IMG/VR virus record: IMGVR_UViG_3300030099_003764
Source of the DNA: an uncultured virus (IMG/VR IMGVR_UViG_3300030099_003764)
Lineage: Duplodnaviria; Heunggongvirae; Uroviricota; Caudoviricetes
Reading direction: 5' to 3' (one strand)
DNA length: 64,000 nt
The translations under genes were made by a program, and so were the position numbers. The stretch's first letter is position 1; the number at the start of each line of letters is the position of its first letter. Positions 40,286 through 49,959 of this stretch are shown piece after piece. The notes beneath the pieces are model-generated. The model searched no databases, had not been told where the DNA came from, and saw only the letters and a program-made list of their open reading frames with translations.

Positions 40286-41283
40286 TGTTTCACTTCCATC
40301 TTCTTTAGTTTCTTCTTAGTCCTATCAATCTTCTTTTGAAGTTTCTTTGACTTTCTATCGCTTCTTCTATCTTTCCATCTTTGCAATAAAGACTTCTTTA
40401 CAGGTAGCGATTGAGTTTTCATATTATTCTTAATTTCAGTAGCCCTTCTCATAATGGTTTCACTTGTATCATAATAAAAGTCATAGTGCTTTTCTACATG
40501 CTTTGCTATCACCCAATAAGGACGGCCAAACTTCTGTCTTGCTTCATCAATAGGTAGACTATGCCACATAACCATAGCCTCTAATGATTCATTATAAGTC
40601 CAAGCCTTGTGTGTATTAGGATAACTAACAGTTGCAATACCCATTGTTACAGGCTTATCCTCTTTCGTATGATTATTTACATATTCAGCCCTTGTACCGT
40701 TAAGGTTACGCTTGCTCAATACTCTATTCCAACGAGCGACGATAGCCTTGTATGTTCGGCCCTTGAATAAAGTAGGAGGCGGATATTTTCCTTTAGTGGT
40801 TTTCCACTCAATAACAATATCATCCTCATCAGAAGTCCATCTCTTGTGATTAGTCTTTTTAGACTTAGACTTTTTCCTTTCTTTATAGGCAGTTTCTTCA
40901 GCCTTATTCGCATCTCCCTCTAAAGCATTAATCATTTCAGTTGCCTGTTCTTTAGTAAAATCTCCCTTATTAGCAGAAGTAATTAGTTGATTAGTTAATC
41001 TTTCTAATTCCTTCTTAGTGCCATTCGTTAGAGTTAAACCTGCAATATACTTGCATTGCTTTCTTGTAGCAGGGTCGTCTTTCCAATGAGGCGCACTTGT
41101 GGTTTTAACATCATATTCCTTTTGGATTCTTCTGATTGTTCCACTAACATTAGGGCCACTTCTTCTCTTATATCCCGCTTCTACTAATGCGTCAGCCACT
41201 TTAGCCCAAGACATCCCTTCTTCTCTGCATTTTATTGCAAGTCCTATTTCTTCTGTTGACCAATTACTATATACCATAATCAT
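40282..41283 (-). CDS. Basic protein with Myb/SANT-like HTH repeats
   Basis: Three W[ST]xxE repeats ('WSTEE', 'WTSDED', 'WTYNES'). Confidence 0.55.
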   Translation of the reverse strand: MIMVYSNWSTEEIGLAIKCREEGMSWAKVADALVEAGYKRRSGPNVSGTIRRIQKEYDVKTTSAPHWKDDPATRKQCKYIAGLTLTNGTKKELERLTNQLITSANKGDFTKEQATEMINALEGDANKAEETAYKERKKSKSKKTNHKRWTSDEDDIVIEWKTTKGKYPPPTLFKGRTYKAIVARWNRVLSKRNLNGTRAEYVNNHTKEDKPVTMGIATVSYPNTHKAWTYNESLEAMVMWHSLPIDEARQKFGRPYWVIAKHVEKHYDFYYDTSETIMRRATEIKNNMKTQSLPVKKSLLQRWKDRRSDRKSKKLQKKIDRTKKKLKKMEVKQ

Positions 41284-41289
41284 TCCTCC

Positions 41290-41850
41290 TTATACATTTA
41301 ACATCATAAATGACTTTACTTGTTCGTCATTAAACCATCTTTGAATCCATTGTGCGCCAATTCCGGCGATTGCAGTTTGCATGAAATGAACGCCACTATT
41401 GCTACCATCCCATGAATCTCCTTGACAACTGAATGAGCCTTCCGGCCCTGCTAATAATGTATCGTACATTTTAGGGTCAGCGTCATAAGTTACAAAAGCC
41501 GCATTGCGGCCTTGTGCCCTCAAGTCAAGCCACTTAATATCTGAATTGTATAGTGTTCTTCTAACTGATAAGTTATCAACACAACATACAACTAAATCAT
41601 ATCCTTGCATTTGTTTTGCAGTTAGTATAGGAAACTTAGAACCGCCATTAATACTGCGATACCTATTTCCCATAACCGATGCTTTGTTTTCTCCTACATC
41701 TTCTTCACTAAAGTTTTGATACGGCAGATTCTTTGTTTCTACCTTATCGGGGTCTGCTACTGTAATAGCATATAATCCCACTTTATCCAATATAGGTACT
41801 AAGAAACTCCCAATACCACCTACTCCTATAATCAATATTTTTCTTTTCAT
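41290..41850 (-). CDS. E1/ThiF/MoeB-family adenylyltransferase
   Basis: 'IIGVGGIGS', 'DPDKVETKNLPYQ', 'NKA', 'CVDNLSVR', candidate catalytic Cys in 'SFSCQ'; start reassigned to MKRKILIIG. Confidence 0.85.
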   Translation of the reverse strand: MKRKILIIGVGGIGSFLVPILDKVGLYAITVADPDKVETKNLPYQNFSEEDVGENKASVMGNRYRSINGGSKFPILTAKQMQGYDLVVCCVDNLSVRRTLYNSDIKWLDLRAQGRNAAFVTYDADPKMYDTLLAGPEGSFSCQGDSWDGSNSGVHFMQTAIAGIGAQWIQRWFNDEQVKSFMMLNV

Positions 41851-42482
41851 TCTAATCTCTCCAAATTTGCATTCCATCTTTTATTATACGAATCTATTTC
41901 TTGATTGTATTTGTTTTTGTAATGGTCTTTAGGCCACCATTCGGGCATTCTGTTTTTTCTCCATTCGGCAAACTTCCATTTGCCTTCAAGGTAATAATGA
42001 CGATATTGTTCGATTACAAACTCCCACATATCTATGTCATTATTGTAGTCTAATCTGTACTTATCATCCATAGCAATAGTTACAGGTGTAGCATCTCTCC
42101 ATCTACCGTCACTTGGTAGATATTGTGTTGTATCTAATATCCTCTCTTGCGAGCCATGCTTCTTTCCGTAGCGATGTGTATATTCAGTACAAAGAGCCAA
42201 CCCATGCGTGTATAACCATAGAGTATTGTTAGGGTTCTGTCTTGCCCATATTGTTGAAGGATGATTCAACATAGCGGGTTTCATTAGATTTGAACCAATA
42301 TCTCTGTGAAATACTTTTAATTGAGCAAGTGTAGGTTCTTCACCATAATGTTCAATGTACTCAAAAAATAAAGCATTTGTATGTAACATTTGGCAAGTTT
42401 CTGTTGGCATTTTAACCACATGCTTGTCTAACATTTGAATTGCCGCTTCTGTCGGATTTTTTGATAATGCAAATATATTCAT
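41847..42482 (-). CDS. Pyrimidine-dimer DNA glycosylase (DenV-like family)
   Basis: 'MNIFAL...DKHVVKM..E..QML...NHP..IWAR...EYTHRYGKKH'. Confidence 0.7.
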   Translation of the reverse strand: MNIFALSKNPTEAAIQMLDKHVVKMPTETCQMLHTNALFFEYIEHYGEEPTLAQLKVFHRDIGSNLMKPAMLNHPSTIWARQNPNNTLWLYTHGLALCTEYTHRYGKKHGSQERILDTTQYLPSDGRWRDATPVTIAMDDKYRLDYNNDIDMWEFVIEQYRHYYLEGKWKFAEWRKNRMPEWWPKDHYKNKYNQEIDSYNKRWNANLERLE

Positions 42483-42761
42483 GTTAAATCCTCCATAGGA
42501 TATGGGACATTAAACTTGAAAACATAGTATTTGCGCTTTTTGCCTGTTACATATTCCCAATTAGTGTGTCCGAAAAAATCCATGCTGATTTTATCTAATG
42601 CTTCAGAAAACTCTTTCTCATCAAAATAAAACGGACTTTCTCTCATTTTTCTGCCTCCGTCAAACCTAATCCTAATTTTTTATACAACCAATCAATAAAA
42701 TGTTTATTATTCATATTTTGTTGTACGCATTCTATACATGCTATTGCTTTTTTATTATGAT

Positions 42762-42977
42762 TCATTGTTCTCCCGCCTTTTCTAAAGCAATAATTGTTCC
42801 CATTATGGTTTCTCTTGCTTTGTCAATATCGCCATTATCTATATGCGCTATTGCTACTGAGCATAACCCAACAATAGACATTCGTAGGGTTTTAGCCACA
42901 TCATCTACTGTTACTTGTGGCATTTCGTTCAATCTTTTTTGAAACTCCTTTAGGTTTTTATAATCGTCTATATTCAT
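42762..42977 (-). CDS. Hypothetical protein
   Basis: 71-aa ORF with GGAGG RBS. Confidence 0.5.
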   Translation of the reverse strand: MNIDDYKNLKEFQKRLNEMPQVTVDDVAKTLRMSIVGLCSVAIAHIDNGDIDKARETIMGTIIALEKAGEQ

Positions 42978-43109
42978 CTAAACTTCCTCCTTGCTTCTTC
43001 ATACATCTTAAATGTGTCTTTACGACCCAAAAGAGTTTGTTGCTTAACATACTCTTTTCTTTTCTTAATAGTGGTTACATAGGTATTCAGAAAGTCTCTT
43101 TTCCAATAT

Positions 43110-44015
43110 CTATGCTCGCTCACCGGTATCACATCTTTCATTCTTATTGTCATTTATATTCACTCCTTTTATTTCGGACATCTTACTATATCCTAACATT
43201 TCTATTATTTTCTTACTTGTCTTTCCTATTGCAGACAAGGAAACATCAGTGTTTTCTGATATTTCTGATTTAGTAATTCCTGTATATCTACACATATTTA
43301 CTGCTACCCAACATATACTTGCGTAGTATGCTCTTGGCTTATTGTAGCAGTGATATTCAATAATAGGTTCCATCTTCAACAGTAAATCAACTGCGTTAGA
43401 ATAGAACATAATATCATCAGTTATTTTACTACAAGTTTGCTTGAGCAAAAAGGTAGGGTCTGCACCATACAAGATATTCTTATTCTTGAAATGATGAACC
43501 ATTCTTTGAACCAACCTATTTACTATCTTAGTAGAACAAGAATACTCTGAACATAGTTTCTTCATTTCTACCGGAGTCCTGTTCTCTTTGAGAACATAAC
43601 ATACAGTAGCAGTACATCTTGTTTCTAACTTAATGTTACCAAACAAACCCTTTCTTTGTGCTTGCATATAACATTCTTCTACTCTATCCTTGAGAGGATG
43701 GTTTATCTGAATAGAAGATAATATCATATTGCATGTCTGTAATGCTTGAGTAATGTGTCTTGGTATTGCTAAGTTATTTCCTCTAACATTAAACTTAGAA
43801 GAACCTTTACCACTAATTATAGAACCCAATTTACCCTTATCGGCACTATGGATAACATTACCTTCATCAACCATTCTCACGGTTTCTTCAAACAATTCTG
43901 TAACTACTACTAAACCACATTCACTGCATTCAGTTTCGCCCATTCTTTCATTGTAATTAAATATCAGACTTCCACATTCCACACATTTCATTTTCATTCC
44001 TTCCTTCATTTTCAT
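43110..44015 (-). CDS. tfb: Transcription initiation factor B (TFIIB/TFB) homolog
   Basis: N-terminal Zn ribbon 'CVECGS...GETECSECGLVV', followed by two cyclin-like repeats ending in an HTH; true start probably near 43991. Confidence 0.8.
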   Translation of the reverse strand: MKMKEGMKMKCVECGSLIFNYNERMGETECSECGLVVVTELFEETVRMVDEGNVIHSADKGKLGSIISGKGSSKFNVRGNNLAIPRHITQALQTCNMILSSIQINHPLKDRVEECYMQAQRKGLFGNIKLETRCTATVCYVLKENRTPVEMKKLCSEYSCSTKIVNRLVQRMVHHFKNKNILYGADPTFLLKQTCSKITDDIMFYSNAVDLLLKMEPIIEYHCYNKPRAYYASICWVAVNMCRYTGITKSEISENTDVSLSAIGKTSKKIIEMLGYSKMSEIKGVNINDNKNERCDTGERA

Positions 44016-45312
44016 TGGTTTTGATATAGCCTCTAATTGTATTTACTAATGCTACCGTCATTGTGTCATTTAATAAAGCCAACGCCCTTGCTACGAATTG
44101 GTCGCCAACAGAAGAACCTGCTGACATATTATCAATACATATTGGGCCTTTCCATCTTGCTTTATTAGTAGGTTTTTGTGGCACTGTTATAAGTTGGCCT
44201 AATACTTGGTCGGTTAAGTCTTCTCCGCCTTGTTTAAGGTATGACTTTTTATCAACGACATCATCAAAAATCTCATATCCAGCATTTATCAAAACCTCTC
44301 TATTATGCTCAACAGTTTCATTATGTGAATCAATCCACTTTAATTCTGCTTCAGCAAACTCGGAATCGGTCTTATCGGTACTCCAAACATAGGTAGATAC
44401 TGCTTGAATATCTGACTTGTATTGGTTGTCTGTTATCTTCCAATCCCAACCTTTACCACGAATATACATAGCATCGGGTTCACCTTTCTTATTCCATGTT
44501 ACCTTGATTTTATCAGGGTATCTTTGTTCGACTTCTTTAACCAATTCTCTTGCTCTTTTCTCAACAATGTCTTGTTGCCTATTTTGCTTCATAAACTCTT
44601 TCATAACCTTAACATCAGATATTTTGGGCGTTACACCCATAGTCCTTTCATACAGGATTTCCGGTGAAGTAAAAGCCCACTTCTTGCTTCTTCTACGATT
44701 ATGCAAGTAGAAGGAACAAAACGATTCTAACTCTTTAGCAGTTAATGTTCCCCAAACACCATCAGCAACTTCAATGGCGATTTCATTATCCCCGATTTGT
44801 TGGCAGTTTAACCTAACACTAATTCTATCGAAATCATCAAAGAAGTGATAAGGTACTCTATTCTCTAAACAATACTTTACATCTTCGGGTAGTGCCAATG
44901 AAGCATACAATGATTTCATTAATTTACCTGCATCCTTTTCTGTAACTGACTTGAATACTAATCTTGCTAAAGCAGAGGCGATAGTATTCAAACTCTCAGT
45001 TTTACCATTAAGACTTAATCTATTGTTAGTTCTACCAAGTGCTATGAAACACCCACCGATATTAAGCACTATTTGATAATCTCCCGAATACGGGAAATCT
45101 ATGAAGGTGCCATGACTGTTCCTTCGATAAGAAGTATTTTTCTTTAATTGACTTCTCATAAACTTAAACAGTGTATCGTGAACAGGGTCTTTTGCATTCC
45201 TGTTACCATGTAGCGTAGCAACGGCATTATGACAATTATCTCCCTCGATTGTTGTTTCCCAATATTTTCCACTATCATTCGGTTGTCTTATTCTTATTCT
45301 TAATACTCCCAT
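43957..45312 (-). CDS. Hypothetical protein; C-terminal segment possibly E2 (UBC)-like
   Basis: 451-aa ORF; 'GPICIDNM...ARALALLND' resembles the E2 active-site GxICLD followed by a helix ending LLxD. The fold call is weak. Confidence 0.35.
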   Translation of the reverse strand: MGVLRIRIRQPNDSGKYWETTIEGDNCHNAVATLHGNRNAKDPVHDTLFKFMRSQLKKNTSYRRNSHGTFIDFPYSGDYQIVLNIGGCFIALGRTNNRLSLNGKTESLNTIASALARLVFKSVTEKDAGKLMKSLYASLALPEDVKYCLENRVPYHFFDDFDRISVRLNCQQIGDNEIAIEVADGVWGTLTAKELESFCSFYLHNRRRSKKWAFTSPEILYERTMGVTPKISDVKVMKEFMKQNRQQDIVEKRARELVKEVEQRYPDKIKVTWNKKGEPDAMYIRGKGWDWKITDNQYKSDIQAVSTYVWSTDKTDSEFAEAELKWIDSHNETVEHNREVLINAGYEIFDDVVDKKSYLKQGGEDLTDQVLGQLITVPQKPTNKARWKGPICIDNMSAGSSVGDQFVARALALLNDTMTVALVNTIRGYIKTNENEGRNENEMCGMWKSDI

Positions 45313-45437
45313 TTTATCACATCATATATGTATTATCATCTAATTTTTCTAAACAGGCTAAATGAGCCTCTTTCTTCATTTCTTCAGGCAACAATAATTG
45401 CCCTCCACAAATCCTACATTTGGTCGCTATTCTTTCT

Positions 45438-45806
45438 TTATACGACCAATGGCTCTTTGTGTATTCTGGATTCTTTTCCTTCATTGTTCCACCTCTCTAA
45501 TTTTGCACATACTTCACAATACTCATTACAATTTTTATCGTGGTAATGTAAGGCATCAAGTCTTTCATTAAAATGTTGTCTTGCAAACTTTCTGAAACCC
45601 ATATCAACGGCTTCTCTATTTTCCCACAAAACTATTTTCAGACTTTGCCATAATCTAAATCGCTTGTCCTTTTCTTCAGAAAGCGAATCACAAACATTGA
45701 ATGTTTGTCTTAATCTTTTTCTTGCTTTTTTAGACCAATCAAAAGTTGTCACTACTCTTTTCATATCCTCATAGGACATATTACGGAGTCGTGGCAACCT
45801 ATACAT
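45438..45806 (-). CDS. Hypothetical protein
   Basis: 122-aa ORF after a GGTGA RBS. Confidence 0.55.
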   Translation of the reverse strand: MYRLPRLRNMSYEDMKRVVTTFDWSKKARKRLRQTFNVCDSLSEEKDKRFRLWQSLKIVLWENREAVDMGFRKFARQHFNERLDALHYHDKNCNEYCEVCAKLERWNNEGKESRIHKEPLVV

Positions 45807-45814
45807 TATTTCAC

Positions 45815-47674
45815 CTATACTTCACAAGCACCGCCAGCACAAGCCAATTCGCCTGTTAAGTCGGTATTATCTTCGGTTTCTATAACCTGTGTTAAATCAA
45901 TATTCTTTAGATTCTTAGACATAGTTAGATAAGTTTCCTCATCAATCGTTTCAAACGGTGCCTGTTTGTATGTTCCTCCATCATAAGGTAATACAGACAA
46001 ACCGTTGTAATAGTGTCTATTCATCCAAAGCCATTCACCAACATCATCCCATTCATCTTCTTTTACGGATATTGTTGCTGAAACATTATGGGTATTCAGA
46101 CCATCTATATGACCTTCTCTAACCCAACGAATACTGAAGTTTTTCACACGCTCTAATAAATCAAATACTGATTCATGTCGTGTAATAGAACCGGCAGGTG
46201 CTTTCTGTGGTATAGAAATAACTGCCTGTTCATCGGGATTAAAGTATTCATCTTCAACCAATTCCGGTTGATTCTTCAGTAGATAAGAATAAATTGCTTC
46301 ATTCTTACCAACTCTAATCCTACGAATATAATAATTATCATGCCAAGCATGAATACCACTACTTGTACCTAATACAAGCGAAGTGGTTCCCGCAGGTTTT
46401 ACACAAGTAATTCTTGCGGCAGGTTTTACTCCAATGAGTTTAGCAATACGCTTATTTTCCTGTTTAGCGGCAAACGCCGCCATTTCCAAATCTAAACCTT
46501 CAACAACATTAGAAGCAATACCTGTCATAGATACACCAAGCAAAGAATCCTTTTCGGTATTCTTTCTCCATACTTCTCTAAGATAGTGGAAATCTGTATA
46601 ACCTGCTTGTAGTGTTCCTAAGAACGAAGCGGCTTTTACCCTCGCTTCTAAATCTGCTTGGTCTTTTACATTAGAAGCGTTTACTTCTGTGAGATTACAA
46701 AACTGATATGGTCGAAGTGCTATTTCACAACATGGATTAGTACCCCAATCTTTGTCATTACTGAAATAAACTGCTGGTTCACCGCTACCACTATGTTGTA
46801 TTCTTTCCCATAGACCCATAAAGAAGTCTTTAGTTACTCTATGTCTAAGAATAACTGCTGAATTATTTGCACGGCCTCTCTGTGGGTTATTCTCCCACCA
46901 ATTACCGGACTTACAACTAATCATCTTTGAATCATCAGCACTGAATAAACTAATCATAGCGGCTCTACGAATACCACCGGCTAATACTGCATCTGCTAAA
47001 TAACACATAATGTCATGTGCTTCAATAGATTCTAATTTAGAGCCATTAGTTTTATTTTGAAGTATTCCTTCTATTTTAACTAAACATTCCCTTAATGGCT
47101 GAGAACCCGGTGCTTTACCGCCACTTGTCTTTAATAGCGTTCCTTTCGGTCTAATATCAGAATAATCAAAAATAGGACTACTACTCCTATTTCCGGTATA
47201 ACACTCCAAAAGGATTTTAATTGAATCAGCCCATCCCTCGATAGAATCGCTAATAAGATACCTGCGTTTTCTTTCGGGATTAGGTTGTATGATTTCTGGT
47301 AATTTATCAATATGATGTCTTTGGACTGAATATCCAACTCCCGTTCCACCGAGAAGCAAGAACATAGCCTCGCTAAAAGATAAAACGGAATCAATAGGCA
47401 TATAAGCACAATTATACACCCTATTTGGACTAATTTCAATAGGCTTGCCCCCAAATTGCATAGAACGCATAGAAGGGAGGATTTTCTTTGTTTTGACATA
47501 TTGCTCATATATTTCACCGATTTCTTTTGTTAATTCAGGATATTTTTTAATGTGCATATTTCTATTTCTTATCCATATCCCATCCCAAGTTTCTCTTCTT
47601 TTGTGTGCAGGTAAATACCTTGCATACTTCATATGTACTGTAATATCCGATAATGTTTCAATTTCATTCGACAT
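45815..47674 (-). CDS. nrdJ: Class II (adenosylcobalamin) ribonucleotide reductase
   Basis: 'YNCAY', 'GTGVGYSV', 'GGIRRAAMI', 'TNPCCEI', 'CNLTE', 'VKPAGT', C-terminal 'CAGGACE'; no class I beta subunit in the window. Confidence 0.9.
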   Translation of the reverse strand: MSNEIETLSDITVHMKYARYLPAHKRRETWDGIWIRNRNMHIKKYPELTKEIGEIYEQYVKTKKILPSMRSMQFGGKPIEISPNRVYNCAYMPIDSVLSFSEAMFLLLGGTGVGYSVQRHHIDKLPEIIQPNPERKRRYLISDSIEGWADSIKILLECYTGNRSSSPIFDYSDIRPKGTLLKTSGGKAPGSQPLRECLVKIEGILQNKTNGSKLESIEAHDIMCYLADAVLAGGIRRAAMISLFSADDSKMISCKSGNWWENNPQRGRANNSAVILRHRVTKDFFMGLWERIQHSGSGEPAVYFSNDKDWGTNPCCEIALRPYQFCNLTEVNASNVKDQADLEARVKAASFLGTLQAGYTDFHYLREVWRKNTEKDSLLGVSMTGIASNVVEGLDLEMAAFAAKQENKRIAKLIGVKPAARITCVKPAGTTSLVLGTSSGIHAWHDNYYIRRIRVGKNEAIYSYLLKNQPELVEDEYFNPDEQAVISIPQKAPAGSITRHESVFDLLERVKNFSIRWVREGHIDGLNTHNVSATISVKEDEWDDVGEWLWMNRHYYNGLSVLPYDGGTYKQAPFETIDEETYLTMSKNLKNIDLTQVIETEDNTDLTGELACAGGACEV

Positions 47675-47692
47675 TCTAAAACCTCATAACGC

Positions 47693-47739
47693 AAAAAAAA
47701 GGGGAGAGAACGGGTGCCCAAAAAACCCGTTCTCCCCCC
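47693..47739 (-). terminator. Hairpin + T-tract terminator downstream of the Ubl gene
   Basis: GGGGAGAGAACGGGT...ACCCGTTCTCCCCC with an adjacent A8 on + (T-run on -). Confidence 0.75.
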
Positions 47740-47769
47740 AAAAGAGCAGACTAACTCTACTTAATGAAA

Positions 47770-47970
47770 TTAACCGCCTACAATAGCAGGTGTCAAATCC
47801 ACCATTTCTACATCGTCCCAATTAACTTCACTGATTGCTTCTCTTGCTACCAATTCGCCGTTGATAAATACCCAATGTGTAGGGTGTGTATCAATTTGCT
47901 CGATAACTTCTTCAGAAGCCATAACCAATTCAGTATGTCCTGTTTCGTTCAAAATAGTAATCTTAATCAT
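47770..47970 (-). CDS. Ubiquitin-like beta-grasp protein (ThiS/MoaD/SAMP-like) ending in Gly-Gly
   Basis: 66 aa; 'VFINGE', 'DDVEMVDLTPAIVGG*' matches the ThiS/MoaD C-terminal D..V.L.P...GG. Confidence 0.8.
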   Translation of the reverse strand: MIKITILNETGHTELVMASEEVIEQIDTHPTHWVFINGELVAREAISEVNWDDVEMVDLTPAIVGG

Positions 47971-48005
47971 CCTATCATCTCCTTAATTTCTCTATGTTCT
48001 CCCTC

Positions 48006-48020
48006 TATATAAGCCGAGTC
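48006..48020 (-). promoter_or_regulatory. TATA-containing promoter candidate GACTCGGCTTATATA
   Basis: ~36 nt upstream of the Ubl start; exact 15-bp copy at 31052-31066. Confidence 0.55.
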
Positions 48021-48122
48021 CATCATTCCCAACCACCGCCATAGTCATCGTCACCGAATAAACCGGCCAGCCATATAATCGGGAATGCGAAGAACGCCGC
48101 ACCTATCAAACTTCCTAATAAT

Positions 48123-49412
48123 CTAAACATTTTCATTTCTCTCCTTTAATTCTTTAATTTTTTCACTTGCTTTTTTTCTACTAATTTTTGGGCCTTCATA
48201 GCCTAAATTGGCTAAGTATTTCATTTGGGCTTCTGTCGCTGTTTTTAGAACAATCTCTCGCAATGTTTCTAATTGTCTATCTGTCAAGGGTCTTTTTTGG
48301 CGCATCTGATTCTTGATATTATTCAAGAAGTTTGCCTCCCATCTACTGTTTGCTATTTCAACACCAAACGGTTCAATACCGTAATACAAACACATTTGTC
48401 TAAACTCAGGACTATCACTATTATTTGAGAGATTCTGTTTAGCAATCTCAAATTGTCTTGCTTCTCTTTCCTCCCGTTCTCGTCTTAATTGCTCTTGTCT
48501 TTCACGCTTTTTTCTTTCGGCTTCTTCGGCCTCTATTCTACGCTTTTCAACATTTTCCGGTAGATTGTAAATACGCAATCTTTCGGCTTCTTCTTCTTCA
48601 CGCCTTACTCTTGCGATTCTTTGCCTTTCCATGCGCTCATTGTGTTCGACAGTCCTTTCTCTTGCTTTGAGCATCATTCTATCGTATCTTTCTTTATGTC
48701 CTAAAAGACACTTAGCATCAAAAATAATCATATCTTGCCATAACTTATCAGTTGGATAACCTCTTGTTATTGATTGTGCTTTACTATTTTCGGGGTGTTC
48801 CCATCTCCAAACAATAGAAGCCATTTGATAATAAGAATCAGTCGGCTGATACTTTGATTTCTTTCTTAGGTGTGAACCATAACGGTATCTTTTATCAGTT
48901 CTATCATAATACATGTAGGTTTCCTTTGCATTGATTAGAACATCAATCTCCTTGATTCTCTCATAGATGTCATTGAACATTTTACCGTTTTTGTGCATCC
49001 ATGCTTCAGCAATCATGCTCTTGGTTCTTTCTTGAATCCAAGTATCAATTTCACCATCACTAATATCAGAAATATCTCTACCTGTTCTTACTGAAATCTC
49101 TTTCATAATAAGATAGGTATTGATGTGGTCTGAACCTACGCATTCAATAGTACCATTCTCTAAGTTTCTAATCTCAAAGTGATAAACAACATTATGGCCG
49201 CAAAGACATTTACCAACTCCTTGTTGTGAATTAGTAACCCATTCGGGCGCATCATCATTACCACCCCACCAAACACTACCGGTAGCAATCCATTCTTCTT
49301 TAGCATCTTCATAGTTATCAGCAACGGATAATTCAACCATCCGTTCCATTAGTTTTCTATCCCAATGTCCTTCTCCTAAACTTCTTTTTGCTACAATAGT
49401 TTCAGCCATCAT
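48123..49412 (-). CDS. Hypothetical protein (N-terminal CxCGH...VGSxH metal motif, central charged coiled coil)
   Basis: 429-aa ORF. Confidence 0.6.
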   Translation of the reverse strand: MMAETIVAKRSLGEGHWDRKLMERMVELSVADNYEDAKEEWIATGSVWWGGNDDAPEWVTNSQQGVGKCLCGHNVVYHFEIRNLENGTIECVGSDHINTYLIMKEISVRTGRDISDISDGEIDTWIQERTKSMIAEAWMHKNGKMFNDIYERIKEIDVLINAKETYMYYDRTDKRYRYGSHLRKKSKYQPTDSYYQMASIVWRWEHPENSKAQSITRGYPTDKLWQDMIIFDAKCLLGHKERYDRMMLKARERTVEHNERMERQRIARVRREEEEAERLRIYNLPENVEKRRIEAEEAERKKRERQEQLRREREEREARQFEIAKQNLSNNSDSPEFRQMCLYYGIEPFGVEIANSRWEANFLNNIKNQMRQKRPLTDRQLETLREIVLKTATEAQMKYLANLGYEGPKISRKKASEKIKELKERNENV

Positions 49413-49653
49413 TCATCATCTCCAAATCATCTATCTCAAACCTGCGTTGTTCTTGTAGATAACCTGTAAGAATGGTATCAATCTTTTCCGGTAGATTATC
49501 AATTATACCGGCGATTAATCGTCTGTTAAGACTAATCCATATTCTATGATAGGTATTTAGTACAACTTTTGGTTCATCATTTTCATTCTGCGATATTACA
49601 ATAGGCGGTAAATCCGCCGTATTTATTACTCTAAACTCTACATTAGTTTTCAT
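49402..49653 (-). CDS. Hypothetical protein
   Basis: 83-aa ORF. Confidence 0.55.
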   Translation of the reverse strand: MKTNVEFRVINTADLPPIVISQNENDEPKVVLNTYHRIWISLNRRLIAGIIDNLPEKIDTILTGYLQEQRRFEIDDLEMMNDG

Positions 49654-49959
49654 TCATATTCCCCCTGCCACTGCGAACAGACTTGCTATATTTTTATGGG
49701 CTATAAACCCTTCAACGGTATGCAAATAATCCTGTGGATTGCTGATGTATTTACTGTGATTCACCAACAAACACGCTAAGGTTTGTGCTAACTTTTGATT
49801 ACTCAAACCTGTGAATAACTTAGCCAATTCAAAGGATAAGTGTTCTCTATAATTATCATCCATCATACAAGTAATACATTCCTTCTTAACCATACAATCG
49901 TGATGTTCGTCAGGTTCTATCACATACCCTTTACCTTTACACTCTAAACATTCCGTCAT
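49654..49959 (-). CDS. Zinc-finger protein
   Basis: 'CLECKGKG...ECITC'. Confidence 0.55.
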   Translation of the reverse strand: MTECLECKGKGYVIEPDEHHDCMVKKECITCMMDDNYREHLSFELAKLFTGLSNQKLAQTLACLLVNHSKYISNPQDYLHTVEGFIAHKNIASLFAVAGGI

